Source: Alphaproteobacteria bacterium
GTDB taxonomy: Bacteria > Pseudomonadota > Alphaproteobacteria > UBA828
NCBI GenBank assembly: GCA_963667785.2
Contig: CAXXMU010000006.1
Coordinates: 832,001-896,000 of the forward strand
Length of the DNA stretch: 64,000 bases
Direction: 5' to 3'
How positions within the stretch are numbered: position 1 is the stretch's first letter; each line of letters opens with the position of its first letter. Below the pieces are notes generated by a model that saw only the letters and a program-made list of their open reading frames with translations, searched no databases and was not told where the DNA came from. Positions 30,293 through 40,805 of this stretch are shown here, one piece after another. The position numbers were made by a program, and so were the translations under genes.

Positions 30293-31264
30293 TTACAGGC
30301 GAACAACCCCGGCGCCCCAGACCAGCCCGCCGCCGATCGCCTCGATCACCAGCAGGTCCCCCGGCGCGATCCGCCCGTCCTCGATGCCGGCGTTGAGCGC
30401 CAGCGGGATCGAGGCGGACGAGGTGTTGGCGTGGCGGTCCACCGTGACGATCGTCTTCTCCGCCGGGATTCCGAGCTTCTTGCCGGTCGCGTCGATGATG
30501 CGCCGGTTGGCCTGATGCGGGACCAGCCAGTCGACGTCCGCCGCGCCGAGCCCGGCGGCCTCCAGCGCCTCGCCCGCGATGTCGGCCAGGTTGGCGACGG
30601 CGTGGCGGAACACCTCGCGGCCCTGCATCCGCAGGTGGCCCGACGTCTGGGTGGAGGAGACGCCGCCATCCACGTAGAGCGCCTGGTAGTGGCGCCCGTC
30701 GGAGCGCATGCGGACCGAGAGCACGCCCCGGTCCGCGGTGCTGCCGGTGCCCTCTTCGGCCCGCAGCACCGCGGCGCCCGCACCGTCTCCAAAGAGCACG
30801 CAGGTCTGGCGGTCGTCCCAGTCGAGGATGCGCGAGTAGGTCTCCGCGCCGATGATGAGCGCGCTGTCGGCGGCGCCGCTCCGCACCATGCTGTCGGCGA
30901 CCGAGAGCGCGCAGACGAAGCCGGCGCACACGGCCTGCACGTCGAAGGCGATGCCGCCGGTCATGCCGAGGCTCGCCTGCACCTTGGTCGCGGTCGCAGG
31001 GAAGGTGTTGTCGGGCGTCGACGTGGCCAGCACCAGGAGATCGAGGGAGTCCGCCTGCACGCCGGCCGCCTCCAGCGCCGCCCGGCTCGCCGCGCAGGCG
31101 AGGTCCGAGGTCAGCTCGTCATCGGCGGCGACGTGGCGCTGGCGGATGCCGGTGCGGCTCCTGATCCACTCGTCGCTGGTATCGATGCGCGTGCTGAGCT
31201 CGTCGTTGCTGAGCACGCGATCGGGAAGATAGGCGCCGCAGCCGACCAGCCGGGAGCGGCGCAT
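30293..31264 (-). CDS. fabH: 3-oxoacyl-ACP synthase III
   Basis: [19 protein letters not shown] and NTSSAS. Confidence 0.95.
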   Translation of the reverse strand: MRRSRLVGCGAYLPDRVLSNDELSTRIDTSDEWIRSRTGIRQRHVAADDELTSDLACAASRAALEAAGVQADSLDLLVLATSTPDNTFPATATKVQASLGMTGGIAFDVQAVCAGFVCALSVADSMVRSGAADSALIIGAETYSRILDWDDRQTCVLFGDGAGAAVLRAEEGTGSTADRGVLSVRMRSDGRHYQALYVDGGVSSTQTSGHLRMQGREVFRHAVANLADIAGEALEAAGLGAADVDWLVPHQANRRIIDATGKKLGIPAEKTIVTVDRHANTSSASIPLALNAGIEDGRIAPGDLLVIEAIGGGLVWGAGVVRL

Positions 31265-31266
31265 GG

Positions 31267-32319
31267 CTAGAGTGCGGCCCTCTTGGGCTCCGGCAGGTCG
31301 GCGAGCTGGAGGCGGGATAGCTCATCGATGATCTTGGGATTGATCCCCTGGCCCACCATGTCGCAGGCGACGCCGACGGCGTTGGCGAAGCCCTTGTGGT
31401 CGGTACCGCCGTGGCTCTTCACCACGACCCCGTTCACGCCCAGGAACATGGCTCCGTTGTAGGCGCGGGGGTCCACCCGCTCCTTGAGCAGGCGAAGTGC
31501 CGGCCGCGCCAACAGGTAGCCCGCGCGCGAAAACAGCGAGCGGCGGAAGGCGCTCTTCAGATACTCGGTGTAGAGCCGCGCCGTTCCCTCCGCCGACTTG
31601 AGCGCGATGTTGCCGGCGAAGCCGTCGGTGGCGATCACGTCTACCGTGCCGGCGGCGATGTCGTCGGCCTCGACGAAGCCGTGGAATTTGATCGGCAGGC
31701 CGGAGTTGCGAAGCGTCGCGGCGGCGGTGCGGATGGTCTCCGAGCCCTTCAGCTCCTCGGTACCGATATTGAGCAGGCCCACCGTCGGCTCGCGGACGCC
31801 GAGGACATTGCGCGCGAAGACCTCGCCCATCACCGCGAACTGCGCGAGCATCGCCGAATCGCTGTCGATGTTGGCGCCGAGATCGAGCATGACGCTCTCG
31901 CCGCGCACCGTGGGCACGATCGAGCCCATGGCCGGGCGGCCGATCCCCGGCAGGGTCTTGAGCGCGACCTTGGCCAGCGCCATGAGCGCGCCGGTGTTGC
32001 CGGCGGAGACCACGCCGTGCGCCTCCTGGTCGCGCACGGCGTCGATCGCGAGCCGCATGCTCGAGCCCTGGCGCTGGCGCAGCGCCTGCACCGGCTTGTC
32101 GTCGTCGGCGATCACCTCGTCGGCGTGGTGAACGGTGCTCACCTGCCTGAGCCGCTTGAAGCGGTCGAGGCCCGAGGCGATGGCCGATTCCTTGCCGAAG
32201 AACATGAAGCGCAGGTGCGGATAGCGGATGCGCGCGATGTTCGCGCCGCGGATCACCACGCCGGGCGCGCCGTCGCCGCCCATGGCGTCGAGGGCGATCA
32301 CGATCTCCGGGTTGCTCAT
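31267..32319 (-). CDS. plsX: Phosphate acyltransferase PlsX
   Basis: [21 protein letters not shown] and KSHG. Confidence 0.95.
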   Translation of the reverse strand: MSNPEIVIALDAMGGDGAPGVVIRGANIARIRYPHLRFMFFGKESAIASGLDRFKRLRQVSTVHHADEVIADDDKPVQALRQRQGSSMRLAIDAVRDQEAHGVVSAGNTGALMALAKVALKTLPGIGRPAMGSIVPTVRGESVMLDLGANIDSDSAMLAQFAVMGEVFARNVLGVREPTVGLLNIGTEELKGSETIRTAAATLRNSGLPIKFHGFVEADDIAAGTVDVIATDGFAGNIALKSAEGTARLYTEYLKSAFRRSLFSRAGYLLARPALRLLKERVDPRAYNGAMFLGVNGVVVKSHGGTDHKGFANAVGVACDMVGQGINPKIIDELSRLQLADLPEPKRAAL

Positions 32320-32350
32320 GCGCGGGCCTTCGCCTCGGCCTGCTGGGCGG

Positions 32351-32530
32351 CTAGGCCTCGCCCTCGATCACCTCGCGGCCCTTGTAGTAGCCGCAGGCCC
32401 GGCACACATGGTGGGGCAGCTTCTGTTCCCCGCAATTGGGGCACTCCGCCGGGTTGGCCTTCGCCAGCGCGTCATGGGAACGACGGCTGCCGCGCCGTGC
32501 GCGGGATACCTTTTTCTTCGGGACGGCCAT
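32351..32530 (-). CDS. rpmF: 50S ribosomal protein L32 (59 aa, Zn-ribbon type; missing from the ORF track)
   Basis: Manual translation gives [59 protein letters not shown]. Confidence 0.95.
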   Translation of the reverse strand: MAVPKKKVSRARRGSRRSHDALAKANPAECPNCGEQKLPHHVCRACGYYKGREVIEGEA

Positions 32531-32638
32531 CGACAGCTTCTCACCGCTAGACTGTGCCGGCGCCGGATCATCGCGTCGGCCGCTTGGGACCGACCGACGT
32601 GCGGCGACCGCGCCGGCACTACACCATCGCCTCGCACA

Positions 32639-33211
32639 TTACAATTTGCTTTTCAGTTGGCCAAGCGCCGCGAAGGGTTTTGCGGCCGAATCCTCGCTTT
32701 CTGCGCCCTTTTCCTCACCGCTCCCGCCTGCCGCGTAAGTGAGCGGCCCGACCGGCGCCTCCGGGTGGCGCGGATAGGGGTCGAGGGCGAGCGCGAGATG
32801 CTCCGCCACCAGCGCGGCGGCATCGATGCCCTCGTCGGTCAGCGGCTCGGCATCCTCGCCCTCCGTCGCCACCTCCACCTCGCGCTCGGCCGTCTCCGCC
32901 GGCGGCGGCGCGAAGAGGGCGGAGACGGCCTCGTGCAGCACGCAGGGCACGGGCTCGAGCGTCACGACACAGCGCTGGGCCAGCTGCGCCCGGAGCGTCC
33001 CGCTCACGCGGATGGCGCCCTCGGCGTCCGTCGCCGGCTCGAAGCGGAGCGTCGCCGCCAGCGCCTCCAGCGCGAGCAGGTCGAGGCGGGCGGCGAGCGC
33101 CTCCCGCTCGGCCGCCGAGGCCTCGTAGGAGAGGGTGAGGCCGCGCTCGCCCACCTCTTCCGGCGCGACGAGCCGCCGCTCGCCTGCGCCCGCGCCTGCG
33201 TCGGCGCTCAT
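32639..33211 (-). CDS. yceD: YceD / DUF177 family protein
   Basis: QRCVVTLEP, LALDPYPR and PFAAL. Lies upstream of rpmF. Confidence 0.88.
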   Translation of the reverse strand: MSADAGAGAGERRLVAPEEVGERGLTLSYEASAAEREALAARLDLLALEALAATLRFEPATDAEGAIRVSGTLRAQLAQRCVVTLEPVPCVLHEAVSALFAPPPAETAEREVEVATEGEDAEPLTDEGIDAAALVAEHLALALDPYPRHPEAPVGPLTYAAGGSGEEKGAESEDSAAKPFAALGQLKSKL

Positions 33212-33804
33212 GGATCGGCGTCCGCCGCGGCCGCCTCAGCGAGGGGGGGCACCGGCGGCAGCCCGACCTCGCCGGCGAGAAGCGCCGCCGCGCTCTGGCC
33301 GTCGAGCGCGTCCAGCAGCGTCTCGACATAGCCGGCCATCGCGGCGACACGGTCGGCGGGCGGCGGGTCGTCGTTGTAGACGTTGCGTTCCAGCGCCTCG
33401 GCGATGGCGCGGCGGCGGCCCTCGCCAGGCGGCTCGCCGAAGGCGCGATCATAGGCGAGGGCGCGGCCGTAGAAGGCACGCGCCATCTGCTTCACCCGCT
33501 TGCCGACGCGCAGGTCGCCCACGCCCATCTCCCGCAGGCTCTGGTCCATGTCGTCGAACATCACGTCGAAGAGGGCTTGGGCGAGCTGCCGGCCTGCCTC
33601 GTCGCACTGGCGCAGCCTGCGCATCAGCGGCACCACATGCAGGACGATCAGGTCGAAGCGGCCGTCCAGCGTGTCCGCCACGCCGCCGCCGGTGTAGAGG
33701 GCCGGATCGCGGGCCTGACGCACCGCGGCGGTATAGAGGCGGCGGGCGGCCTCGCGCCGGCGCCGACGCCCCTTCAGATGGCGCCAGACGCGGCCCAACA
33801 CCAC
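33208..33804 (-). CDS. Ubiquinol-cytochrome c chaperone (Cbp3/UQCC1-like)
   Basis: DTLDGRFD, LREMGVGD and AFYGR..AY. Confidence 0.88.
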   Translation of the reverse strand: MVLGRVWRHLKGRRRRREAARRLYTAAVRQARDPALYTGGGVADTLDGRFDLIVLHVVPLMRRLRQCDEAGRQLAQALFDVMFDDMDQSLREMGVGDLRVGKRVKQMARAFYGRALAYDRAFGEPPGEGRRRAIAEALERNVYNDDPPPADRVAAMAGYVETLLDALDGQSAAALLAGEVGLPPVPPLAEAAAADADP

Positions 33805-33893
33805 GACGACTCGTCCCTCCCGGCGGCGGCGCCGTTGACACGCCCCGGCGAGGCGAGCAGGTTTGCGCCGGTCATCGAATGGGGGCGACCTCC

Positions 33894-34388
33894 ATGAAGC
33901 GCCGGCACGGAGCAGCGGCGAGACAGGCGGGGCCAGCGCCCGGCCCGCGCGCCCGGCGGGCGCTGCTCGGCTGCGCGCTGGCGGCGGCCGTTCTCGCCGG
34001 ATGCACGCCGCAGCTCCACAACGAGGGCCATGTCCGCAATCCCGATGCGCTGGCCGAGATCGAGCCCGGCGTGCAGACCCGCGACGAGGTCGCCCGCCTG
34101 CTGGGCACGCCGTCCGCGATGGCGACCTTCGACGACAGGCGCTGGTACTACATCTCCCGCCGCACCGAGACGGTCGCGTTCAACGCGCCTGAGCTGATCG
34201 AGCTGCAGATCACCGTGATCGACTTCGACGAGAACGGCGTGGTCTCGCGGGTCGCCTCGATATCGCCGGACGAGGCGCGCGAGATCGACCCGGTCGACGA
34301 GGAGAGCCCGACGCGCGGCCGCTCCGCCGGCGTGCTCGAGCAGCTCCTCGGCAATGTCGGCCGGCCGCTCCCGACCACCGGCCAGTAG
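33894..34388 (+). CDS. bamE: Outer membrane assembly lipoprotein BamE (SmpA/OmlA)
   Basis: Lipobox LAGC, LGTPS and WYYI. Conserved divergent position from the Cbp3 gene. Confidence 0.85.
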   Translation: MKRRHGAAARQAGPAPGPRARRALLGCALAAAVLAGCTPQLHNEGHVRNPDALAEIEPGVQTRDEVARLLGTPSAMATFDDRRWYYISRRTETVAFNAPELIELQITVIDFDENGVVSRVASISPDEAREIDPVDEESPTRGRSAGVLEQLLGNVGRPLPTTGQ

Positions 34389-34429
34389 GGCGCCGCGCGC
34401 CGACGATACCCCCGCCCGGCCGCGGCGCA

Positions 34430-36523
34430 TCAGCCGGAGACGAACTTCGCGATGATGGCCAGCAACAGGATCGCCACGATGTTGGTGATCTTGATCATCG
34501 GGTTGATGGCGGGCCCGGCGGTGTCCTTGTAGGGATCGCCCACGGTATCGCCCGTGACCGCGGCCTTGTGGCTTTCCGAGCCCTTGCCGCCGTGGTTGCC
34601 GTCCTCGATGTACTTCTTCGCGTTGTCCCAGGCGCCACCGCCCGCGGTCATGGCGATGGCGAGGAAGAGCCCGGTGACGATCGTGCCCATGAGCGCGGCG
34701 CCCAGCGCCGAGAAGCCGGCCGACTGGCCCGCGATCGCCCAGATCACGATGTAGAGCAGGATCGGCGCCAGGATCGGCAGCAGCGAGGGAAGGATCATCT
34801 CGCGGATCGCCGCCTTGGTCAGCAGGTCGACGGCACGGCCGTATTCCGGCTTGCCGGTCCCCTCCATGATGCCCGGGATCTCCCTGAACTGACGGCGCAC
34901 CTCGAGCACGACCGCGCCTGCGGCGCGGCCGACCGCGAGCATCGCCATCGAGCCGAAGAGGAAGGGCAGGAGCCCGCCGAAGAAGAGGCCCACCACCACG
35001 TAGGGGTTGCTGAGGGAGAAATCGAGCTCGACGCCGGGGAAGTATCGCACCACGTCCTCGGTATAGGCCGCGAACAGCACCAGCGCGGCGAGGCCGGCCG
35101 AGGCGATGGCGTAGCCCTTGGTCACCGCCTTGGTGGTGTTGCCGACCGCATCCAGCGCGTCGGTGGTCTTGCGCACGTCCTCGTCCAGCTCGGCCATCTC
35201 GGCGATGCCGCCGGCGTTGTCGGTGACGGGCCCGTAGGCATCGAGCGCCACCACCATGCCGGCCAGCGCCAGCATCGCGGTCACGGCGACGGCGATGCCG
35301 AAGAGCCCGGCGGCGAGATAAGCGAGGATGATGCCTGCGGAGATGATGATCGCGGGGATCGCCGTCGCCTGCATCGAGACCGCGAGCCCCTGGATGATGT
35401 TGGTGGCATCGCCCGTCGTGGACGCCTTGGCGATGCCCTTCACCGGCCTGAATTCGGTCGAGGTGTAGTACTCGGTGACCCAGATCATGAGCCCGGTCAC
35501 CACCAGCCCGATCAGCCCGCAGAGGAAGAGGTCGAGGCCGGACGCCGTCACCCCGCTCACGGTGAACTCGGTGCTCCAGCCCACCACCCAGTCGGTGATC
35601 GGATAGAAGGCGACGGCCGAGAGCACGGCCGAGACCAGGAAGCCGCGGTAGAGCGCGGGCATGATCTTCTGGCTCTTGCCGAGCCGGACGAAGAACGTGC
35701 CGATCACCGAGGCCAGGATGCAGGCGCCGCCGATGGCCAGCGGATAGAGCATGAGCGATTGCTGCAACGGCCCGGTGAAGAACACCGCCGCCAGCAGCAT
35801 GGTGGCGACGATGGTGACGGCATAGGTCTCGAAGAGGTCCGCCGCCATGCCGGCGCAGTCGCCCACATTGTCGCCCACGTTGTCGGCGATCACCGCGGGA
35901 TTGCGCGGGTCGTCCTCGGGGATTCCCGCCTCCACCTTGCCCACCAGGTCGGCGCCTACGTCGGCGCCCTTGGTGAAGATGCCGCCGCCCAAACGCGCGA
36001 AGATCGAGATCAGCGAGCCGCCGAAGCCGAGTGCGACGAGCGCCTCCAGCACCTTCTTCGTCTCCACGTCGGCGATCAGCAGGATCGCGTAGTAGACCGC
36101 GACGCCGAGGAGGCCGAGCCCCACCACCAGGAGACCGGTGATCGCGCCGGAGCGGAAGGCCACGCCCAGCGCCGGCTTGAGCCCGCCGGTCCTGGCCGCG
36201 TCCGCGGTCCGCACGTTCGCCCGCACCGAGACGTGCATGCCGATATAGCCGGCTGCACCCGACAGCACCGCGCCGATGAGGAAGCCGATACCCACGAGGT
36301 AGCCGAGCAGCCCGGTCAGGATGCCGAACAGCACCAGGCCGACGAAGGCGATCGTCAGGTACTGGCGGTTGAGGTAGGCGCGCGCGCCTTCCTGCACGGC
36401 GCCGGCGATCTCCTGCATGCGCTCGTTGCCGGCGCTCGCGGCGAGCACCGAGCGGGTGGCATAGAGACCGTAGGCGAGGGCGACGAGTCCGCAGCCCACG
36501 GCAAACCAAAGGATTGCTGACAT
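34430..36523 (-). CDS. hppA: Membrane-bound H+-translocating pyrophosphatase, K+-independent type
   Basis: [29 protein letters not shown] and GDTVGDP.KD. GNTTKA has Lys at the K+-independence position. Confidence 0.95.
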   Translation of the reverse strand: MSAILWFAVGCGLVALAYGLYATRSVLAASAGNERMQEIAGAVQEGARAYLNRQYLTIAFVGLVLFGILTGLLGYLVGIGFLIGAVLSGAAGYIGMHVSVRANVRTADAARTGGLKPALGVAFRSGAITGLLVVGLGLLGVAVYYAILLIADVETKKVLEALVALGFGGSLISIFARLGGGIFTKGADVGADLVGKVEAGIPEDDPRNPAVIADNVGDNVGDCAGMAADLFETYAVTIVATMLLAAVFFTGPLQQSLMLYPLAIGGACILASVIGTFFVRLGKSQKIMPALYRGFLVSAVLSAVAFYPITDWVVGWSTEFTVSGVTASGLDLFLCGLIGLVVTGLMIWVTEYYTSTEFRPVKGIAKASTTGDATNIIQGLAVSMQATAIPAIIISAGIILAYLAAGLFGIAVAVTAMLALAGMVVALDAYGPVTDNAGGIAEMAELDEDVRKTTDALDAVGNTTKAVTKGYAIASAGLAALVLFAAYTEDVVRYFPGVELDFSLSNPYVVVGLFFGGLLPFLFGSMAMLAVGRAAGAVVLEVRRQFREIPGIMEGTGKPEYGRAVDLLTKAAIREMILPSLLPILAPILLYIVIWAIAGQSAGFSALGAALMGTIVTGLFLAIAMTAGGGAWDNAKKYIEDGNHGGKGSESHKAAVTGDTVGDPYKDTAGPAINPMIKITNIVAILLLAIIAKFVSG

Positions 36524-36722
36524 GGTGGCAACCTCGTGAGGCGATGGGGAAAAAGGCGCGTGCGCGCGCGGCCGCGCGCCGGGGGCGGCCCTCCGGCGCG
36601 GCGGAAAATGACAGAAGCGCGCTGCGAACGCAACCTGAGCGCCGGAGACCCGTTGCCCGGCAGCTCACGAGCGTGAGAACAGGATGGGCCGGGCCGCAAC
36701 GCGGCCCGGACGGCGCGACTGC

Positions 36723-36814
36723 GCGTCGCACGTCCACGTGCGCGGGCGCACGATGCGCGAAGCGCGTAGCCAAGCGAGCGTCGCGCGTCCACGCGCGCTG
36801 GAACGCACGATGCG
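36723..36814 (+). repeat. Two tandem copies of a ~35-bp REP-like motif (36723-36757 and 36778-36814)
   Basis: GCGTCGCACGTCCACGTGCGCGGGCGCACGATGCG and GCGTCGCGCGTCCACGCGCGCTGGAACGCACGATGCG. A third copy lies inverted at 19928-19961. Confidence 0.7.
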
Positions 36815-36911
36815 AGCGCCCGGCGCCTGAGGGATTGGAATGAGTCCCCGGGCTGGTACGGGCGGGGCGCGCTGGTATAGTGCGCGCGCTTTCGGAACGG
36901 GGAGAGGGCGG

Positions 36912-37766
36912 ATGAAGCTGTTGCGCGTTGGCGAGGCGGGCGCCGAGCGGCCCGCGGTGAGGCTGGACGACGGGCGCATCATCGACGTGTCCAGCGCCGT
37001 CGGCGAGATCGACGGCGCCTGGCTCGAGGGCGGCGGGGTCGAGCGGCTGGCGGCGGCGCTCGCCGACGGCGCCGATCGCTTCCCGAGCGTCGATCCCGGC
37101 ACGCGGATCGGCCCGCCCGTGGCGCGGCCAGGGCACATCATCGCCATCGGCCTCAACTTCGCCGACCACGCCAAGGAAGCCGGCATGGACCTGCCGACGG
37201 AGCCGGTGGTCTTCTCCAAGGCGCCGAGCTCCTACGCCGGACCGGACGACGACGTGCTGATCCCGCGCGGCAGCACCAAGACCGACTGGGAGGTCGAGCT
37301 CGGCGTGGTGATCGGGCGGACGGCCGAGTACCTGCCGGATGACGAGGCGGCGCTGGCCCATGTCGCCGGCTACTGCATCTGCAACGATGTCTCCGAGCGC
37401 GACTTCCAGCTCCAGCACGGCCCCACCTGGATCAAGGGCAAGTCGGCCCGGACCTTCTGCCCCGCCGGCCCCTGGCTGGTCACCAGCGACGAGATGCCCG
37501 ACCCGCAGAGCCTTGCCATGACTCTCTCGATCAACGGCGAGCTGCGCCAGACCGGCAGCACCGCCACGATGATCTTCGGCGTCGCCCACCTCGTCCGCTA
37601 TCTCAGCCAGTTCATGGTGCTGGAGGCGGGCGACCTGATCTCCACCGGCACCCCGCCGGGCGTTGGCATGGGCATGAAGCCGCCGGTCTACCTCAAGGCG
37701 GGCGACGTGATGGAGCTGGAGATCGAGGGTCTGGGCCGGCAGCGCCAGGCCATCCGCCAGGCCTGA
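36912..37766 (+). CDS. Fumarylacetoacetate hydrolase family protein
   Basis: IGLNFADH, DWEVEL, NDVSERD and ISTGTPPGVG. Confidence 0.92.
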   Translation: MKLLRVGEAGAERPAVRLDDGRIIDVSSAVGEIDGAWLEGGGVERLAAALADGADRFPSVDPGTRIGPPVARPGHIIAIGLNFADHAKEAGMDLPTEPVVFSKAPSSYAGPDDDVLIPRGSTKTDWEVELGVVIGRTAEYLPDDEAALAHVAGYCICNDVSERDFQLQHGPTWIKGKSARTFCPAGPWLVTSDEMPDPQSLAMTLSINGELRQTGSTATMIFGVAHLVRYLSQFMVLEAGDLISTGTPPGVGMGMKPPVYLKAGDVMELEIEGLGRQRQAIRQA

Positions 37767-37782
37767 GCGTCGCCGTCATCGA

Positions 37783-37811
37783 TTGACAGGGGCAGGGGTG
37801 CTCCCTATGGT
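37783..37811 (+). promoter_or_regulatory. Sigma70-type promoter for the L36 gene
   Basis: TTGACA-N17-TATGGT ends 26 bp before the ATG. Confidence 0.6.
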
Positions 37812-37837
37812 GCGCCGCCCTTGCCCGAGAGGTCGCC

Positions 37838-37963
37838 ATGAAGGTCTTCAACTCGCTCCGCGCCGCCAAGCGGCGCCACAAGGACTGCCAGATCGTACGC
37901 CGCAAGGGGCGGGTTCTGGTCATCAACAAGCGCAACCCGCGCTTCAAGGCCCGCCAGGGCTGA
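37838..37963 (+). CDS. rpmJ: 50S ribosomal protein L36, type B (Zn-free; 41 aa; missing from the ORF track)
   Basis: Manual translation gives [50 protein letters not shown]. Confidence 0.95.
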   Translation: MKVFNSLRAAKRRHKDCQIVRRKGRVLVINKRNPRFKARQG

Positions 37964-38010
37964 TCCCGCGCGCACGCCGCCCCGAGGCGCGGGCGCGGCG
38001 GCCCTCCGCA

Positions 38011-38039
38011 TTGACGGGCGGCGCGCGCACGCCGACAAT
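38011..38039 (+). promoter_or_regulatory. Possible sigma70 promoter of glcDEF
   Basis: TTGACG-N17-GACAAT lies upstream of glcD. Confidence 0.45.
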
Positions 38040-38089
38040 CCGCTACCCCCACGAAGAAGGGCCCGCGCCGGGCCCCGAAAGGTGTTGCC

Positions 38090-39580
38090 GTGATCGCCAT
38101 GCCTGAGCCCGACGCGGGCGTCATCAGCCAGCGCCAGTCCCTGGTCGCCGCGCTGCGCAAGCTGCTGCCCGAGGACTGCGTGGTCGACGACGAGCGCGGC
38201 CTGCGCGCCTTCGAGTGCGACGGCCTCAGCGCCTACCGGGCGCTGCCGATGATCGTCGTCCTGCCGCGCGACACGGGCGAGGTGAGCCGCGTGCTGTCCC
38301 TCTGCCACGAGCGCGGCGTCAAGATCGTGCCGCGCGGCGCCGGTACCGGGCTCTCCGGCGGGGCGCTGCCGCTCGCCGACGGGGTCACGGTGGGCTTCGG
38401 CAAGCTCAACCGCATCCTCGAGATCGACACCGCCAACCGCTGCGCGGTGGTACAGCCCGGCGTGGCCAATCTCGCCATCAGCACCGCCGTCGGCCCCCAC
38501 GGCTTCTACTACGCGCCGGATCCCTCCAGCCAGCTCGCCTGCTCCATCGGCGGCAACGTCGCCGAGAACTCCGGCGGCGTGCATTGCCTCAAGTACGGGC
38601 TCACCACCAACAACCTGCTCGGCGTCGAGATGGTGCTGATGGACGGCGAGGTTCTCCGCCTCGGCGGCAAGCAATTCGATGCCGAGGGCTACGACCTGCT
38701 CGGCGTGGTGACCGGCTCGGAGGGGTTGCTCGGCGTCGTCACCGAGGTGACGGTGCGCATCCTCCCCAAGCCCGCCACCGTGCGCGCGCTGCTGCTGGGC
38801 TTTCCGGACAACGCATCGGCCGGCGCCTGCGTGGGCGAGATCATCGCCGCCGGCATCATCCCGGCCGGGCTGGAGATGATGGACAAGCCGGCGATCGACG
38901 CGGCGGAGAGCTTCTGCCAGGCCGGCTACCCCATGGACGTCGAGGCCATCCTGATCTGCGAGCTGGACGGGCCCGCGGTCGAGGTCGACGAGCTCGCGGC
39001 GCTGGTGGGCGATCTCGCCCGCAAGGCCGGCGCGACCACGATCCGGACCAGCGCCAGCGACGAGGAGCGCGAGCGCTTCTGGCTCGGACGCAAGTCCGCC
39101 TTCGCCGCCGCCGGCCGCATGGCGCCCGACTACTACGTGATGGACGGCACGATCCCGCGCGCCCGCCTGCCCGAGATCCTGACGCGGATCGGCGAGCTCT
39201 CCCGCGAATACGACCTGCCGGTCGCCAACGTCTTCCACGCCGGCGACGGCAACCTGCATCCGCTCATCATGTACGACGCCAGCGTCCCCGGCGCGCTGCA
39301 GCGCACGGAGGAGATGGGGGCGGAGATCCTCAAGCTCTGCGTCGAGGTCGGCGGCGTGCTAACCGGCGAGCACGGCGTCGGCATCGAGAAGCGCGACCTG
39401 ATGGGCGCGATGTTCACCGAGGACGACCTCAAGCAGCAGCAGAGGATCAAGTGCGCCTTCGATCCCGACCAGCTGCTCAATCCCGGCAAGGTCTTCCCGA
39501 CGCTCCACCGCTGCGCCGAGCTCGGCCAGATGCACGTGCATCGCGGCGAGACGCCCTTCCCCGACCTGCCCCGCTTCTGA
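38090..39580 (+). CDS. glcD: Glycolate oxidase subunit GlcD
   Basis: PRGAGTGLSGG, APDPSS, GGVHCLKYG, HAGDGNLHP and GEHGVG. Confidence 0.93.
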   Translation: MIAMPEPDAGVISQRQSLVAALRKLLPEDCVVDDERGLRAFECDGLSAYRALPMIVVLPRDTGEVSRVLSLCHERGVKIVPRGAGTGLSGGALPLADGVTVGFGKLNRILEIDTANRCAVVQPGVANLAISTAVGPHGFYYAPDPSSQLACSIGGNVAENSGGVHCLKYGLTTNNLLGVEMVLMDGEVLRLGGKQFDAEGYDLLGVVTGSEGLLGVVTEVTVRILPKPATVRALLLGFPDNASAGACVGEIIAAGIIPAGLEMMDKPAIDAAESFCQAGYPMDVEAILICELDGPAVEVDELAALVGDLARKAGATTIRTSASDEERERFWLGRKSAFAAAGRMAPDYYVMDGTIPRARLPEILTRIGELSREYDLPVANVFHAGDGNLHPLIMYDASVPGALQRTEEMGAEILKLCVEVGGVLTGEHGVGIEKRDLMGAMFTEDDLKQQQRIKCAFDPDQLLNPGKVFPTLHRCAELGQMHVHRGETPFPDLPRF

Positions 39581-40800
39581 TGGCCGACAGCCTGGCGCCG
39601 ACGGATGCGGACGGCCTCGCGGACGCCGTCCGCTGGGCGGTCGCGGGCGAGCGGCCGCTGGAGGTGGTTGCCGGCGGCTCCAAGCGGCGCCTCGGCCGGC
39701 CGGTGCAGAGCGCGGCCAGCCTCGCGCTCGGCGCGTTCGACGGCATCGTCGACTACGAGCCTTCCGAGCTGGTGCTCACCGCGCAGGCCGCGACGCCGCT
39801 CGCCGCCATCGAGGCCGCAGTCGAGTCCGAGCGCCAGATGCTGGCGTTCGAGCCCGCTGACTATGCGCCGCTGCTGGGTGCTGCGGACGCCGCTGCGACG
39901 CTCGGCGGTGCGCTCGCCTGCAACCTCTCCGGCCCGCGTCGGATCAAGGCGGGCGCCGCCCGCGATCACTTCCTCGGCGTGCATGCGGTGAGCGGCCGGG
40001 GCGAGCGCTTCAAGGCCGGCGGCCGCGTGGTCAAGAACGTCACCGGCTACGACGTCTGCAAGTTGCTCGCGGGCTCCTACGGCACGCTCGCCGTCATGCA
40101 CGAGGTGACGATCAAGATCCTGCCCGCGCCGGAACGGACGCGCACGGTCCTGGTCTACGGCCTCGAGCCCGGCGACGCGCTGCAGGCGCTCGGCGCGGCG
40201 CTCTCGAGTGCCCACGAGGTCTCGGGCGCGGCTCACATGCCGGCCGAGGTCGCAGCCCGCTCGGCGGTGTCCTATGTGGCCGGCGCAGGTGCTGCGGTCA
40301 CCGCTGTCCGCATCGAGGGCTTCCCCGCCTCCGTGGCGGCGCGCTGCGACGCGTTGCGCGACCTGCTCGGGCGCTTCGGCGCGGTCGAGGAGCTGCATTC
40401 CAGGAACTCGGCGGCGCTGTGGCGCGAGATTCGGGACGTGCGGGCCTTCGCCGCCGACAGCGGGCCGCTCTGGCGCCTCTCGGTGCCGCCGGAGGCGGGC
40501 GCTGCCGCGGCCGCGCTGGTGGCGGGCGAGACGCGGGCCCGCGCGCTCTTCGATTGGGGCGGCGGCCTCGTCTGGCTCGCCGTCGACGGCGCCGACGATG
40601 CGGGAGAGGCTGCCGTGCGCGCCGCGGCGGCCGCGGCGGGCGGGCACGCGACGCTGGTTCGCGCGGATGCGCCGACCCGGGCGGCGCGCGCCGTGTTCCA
40701 GCCGCAGGCGACGGGAGTCGCGGCGTTGACGGCGCGCATCAAGCGGGCCTTCGACCCGGCCGGCGTGCTCAATCCCGGCCGCATGTACGCGGGCGTGTAG
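39580..40800 (+). CDS. glcE: Glycolate oxidase FAD-binding subunit GlcE
   Basis: YEPSELV, SGPRR and GGRVVKNVTGYD. TGATG overlap with glcD. Confidence 0.92.
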   Translation: MADSLAPTDADGLADAVRWAVAGERPLEVVAGGSKRRLGRPVQSAASLALGAFDGIVDYEPSELVLTAQAATPLAAIEAAVESERQMLAFEPADYAPLLGAADAAATLGGALACNLSGPRRIKAGAARDHFLGVHAVSGRGERFKAGGRVVKNVTGYDVCKLLAGSYGTLAVMHEVTIKILPAPERTRTVLVYGLEPGDALQALGAALSSAHEVSGAAHMPAEVAARSAVSYVAGAGAAVTAVRIEGFPASVAARCDALRDLLGRFGAVEELHSRNSAALWREIRDVRAFAADSGPLWRLSVPPEAGAAAAALVAGETRARALFDWGGGLVWLAVDGADDAGEAAVRAAAAAAGGHATLVRADAPTRAARAVFQPQATGVAALTARIKRAFDPAGVLNPGRMYAGV

Positions 40801-40805
40801 CGGCG

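Noticed and set aside
33774-37589. 1271-aa ORF and the many other long overlapping ORFs (e.g. 8481..11048, 13028..15193, 42649..44268)
   Set aside because: These are shadow frames of real genes in very GC-rich DNA. They are low-complexity R/G/A/P with no motifs.
37838-37963. Zn-free L36 as a Zur-regulated paralog
   Set aside because: Type B L36 is the normal form in Alphaproteobacteria, and I saw no Zur box upstream.
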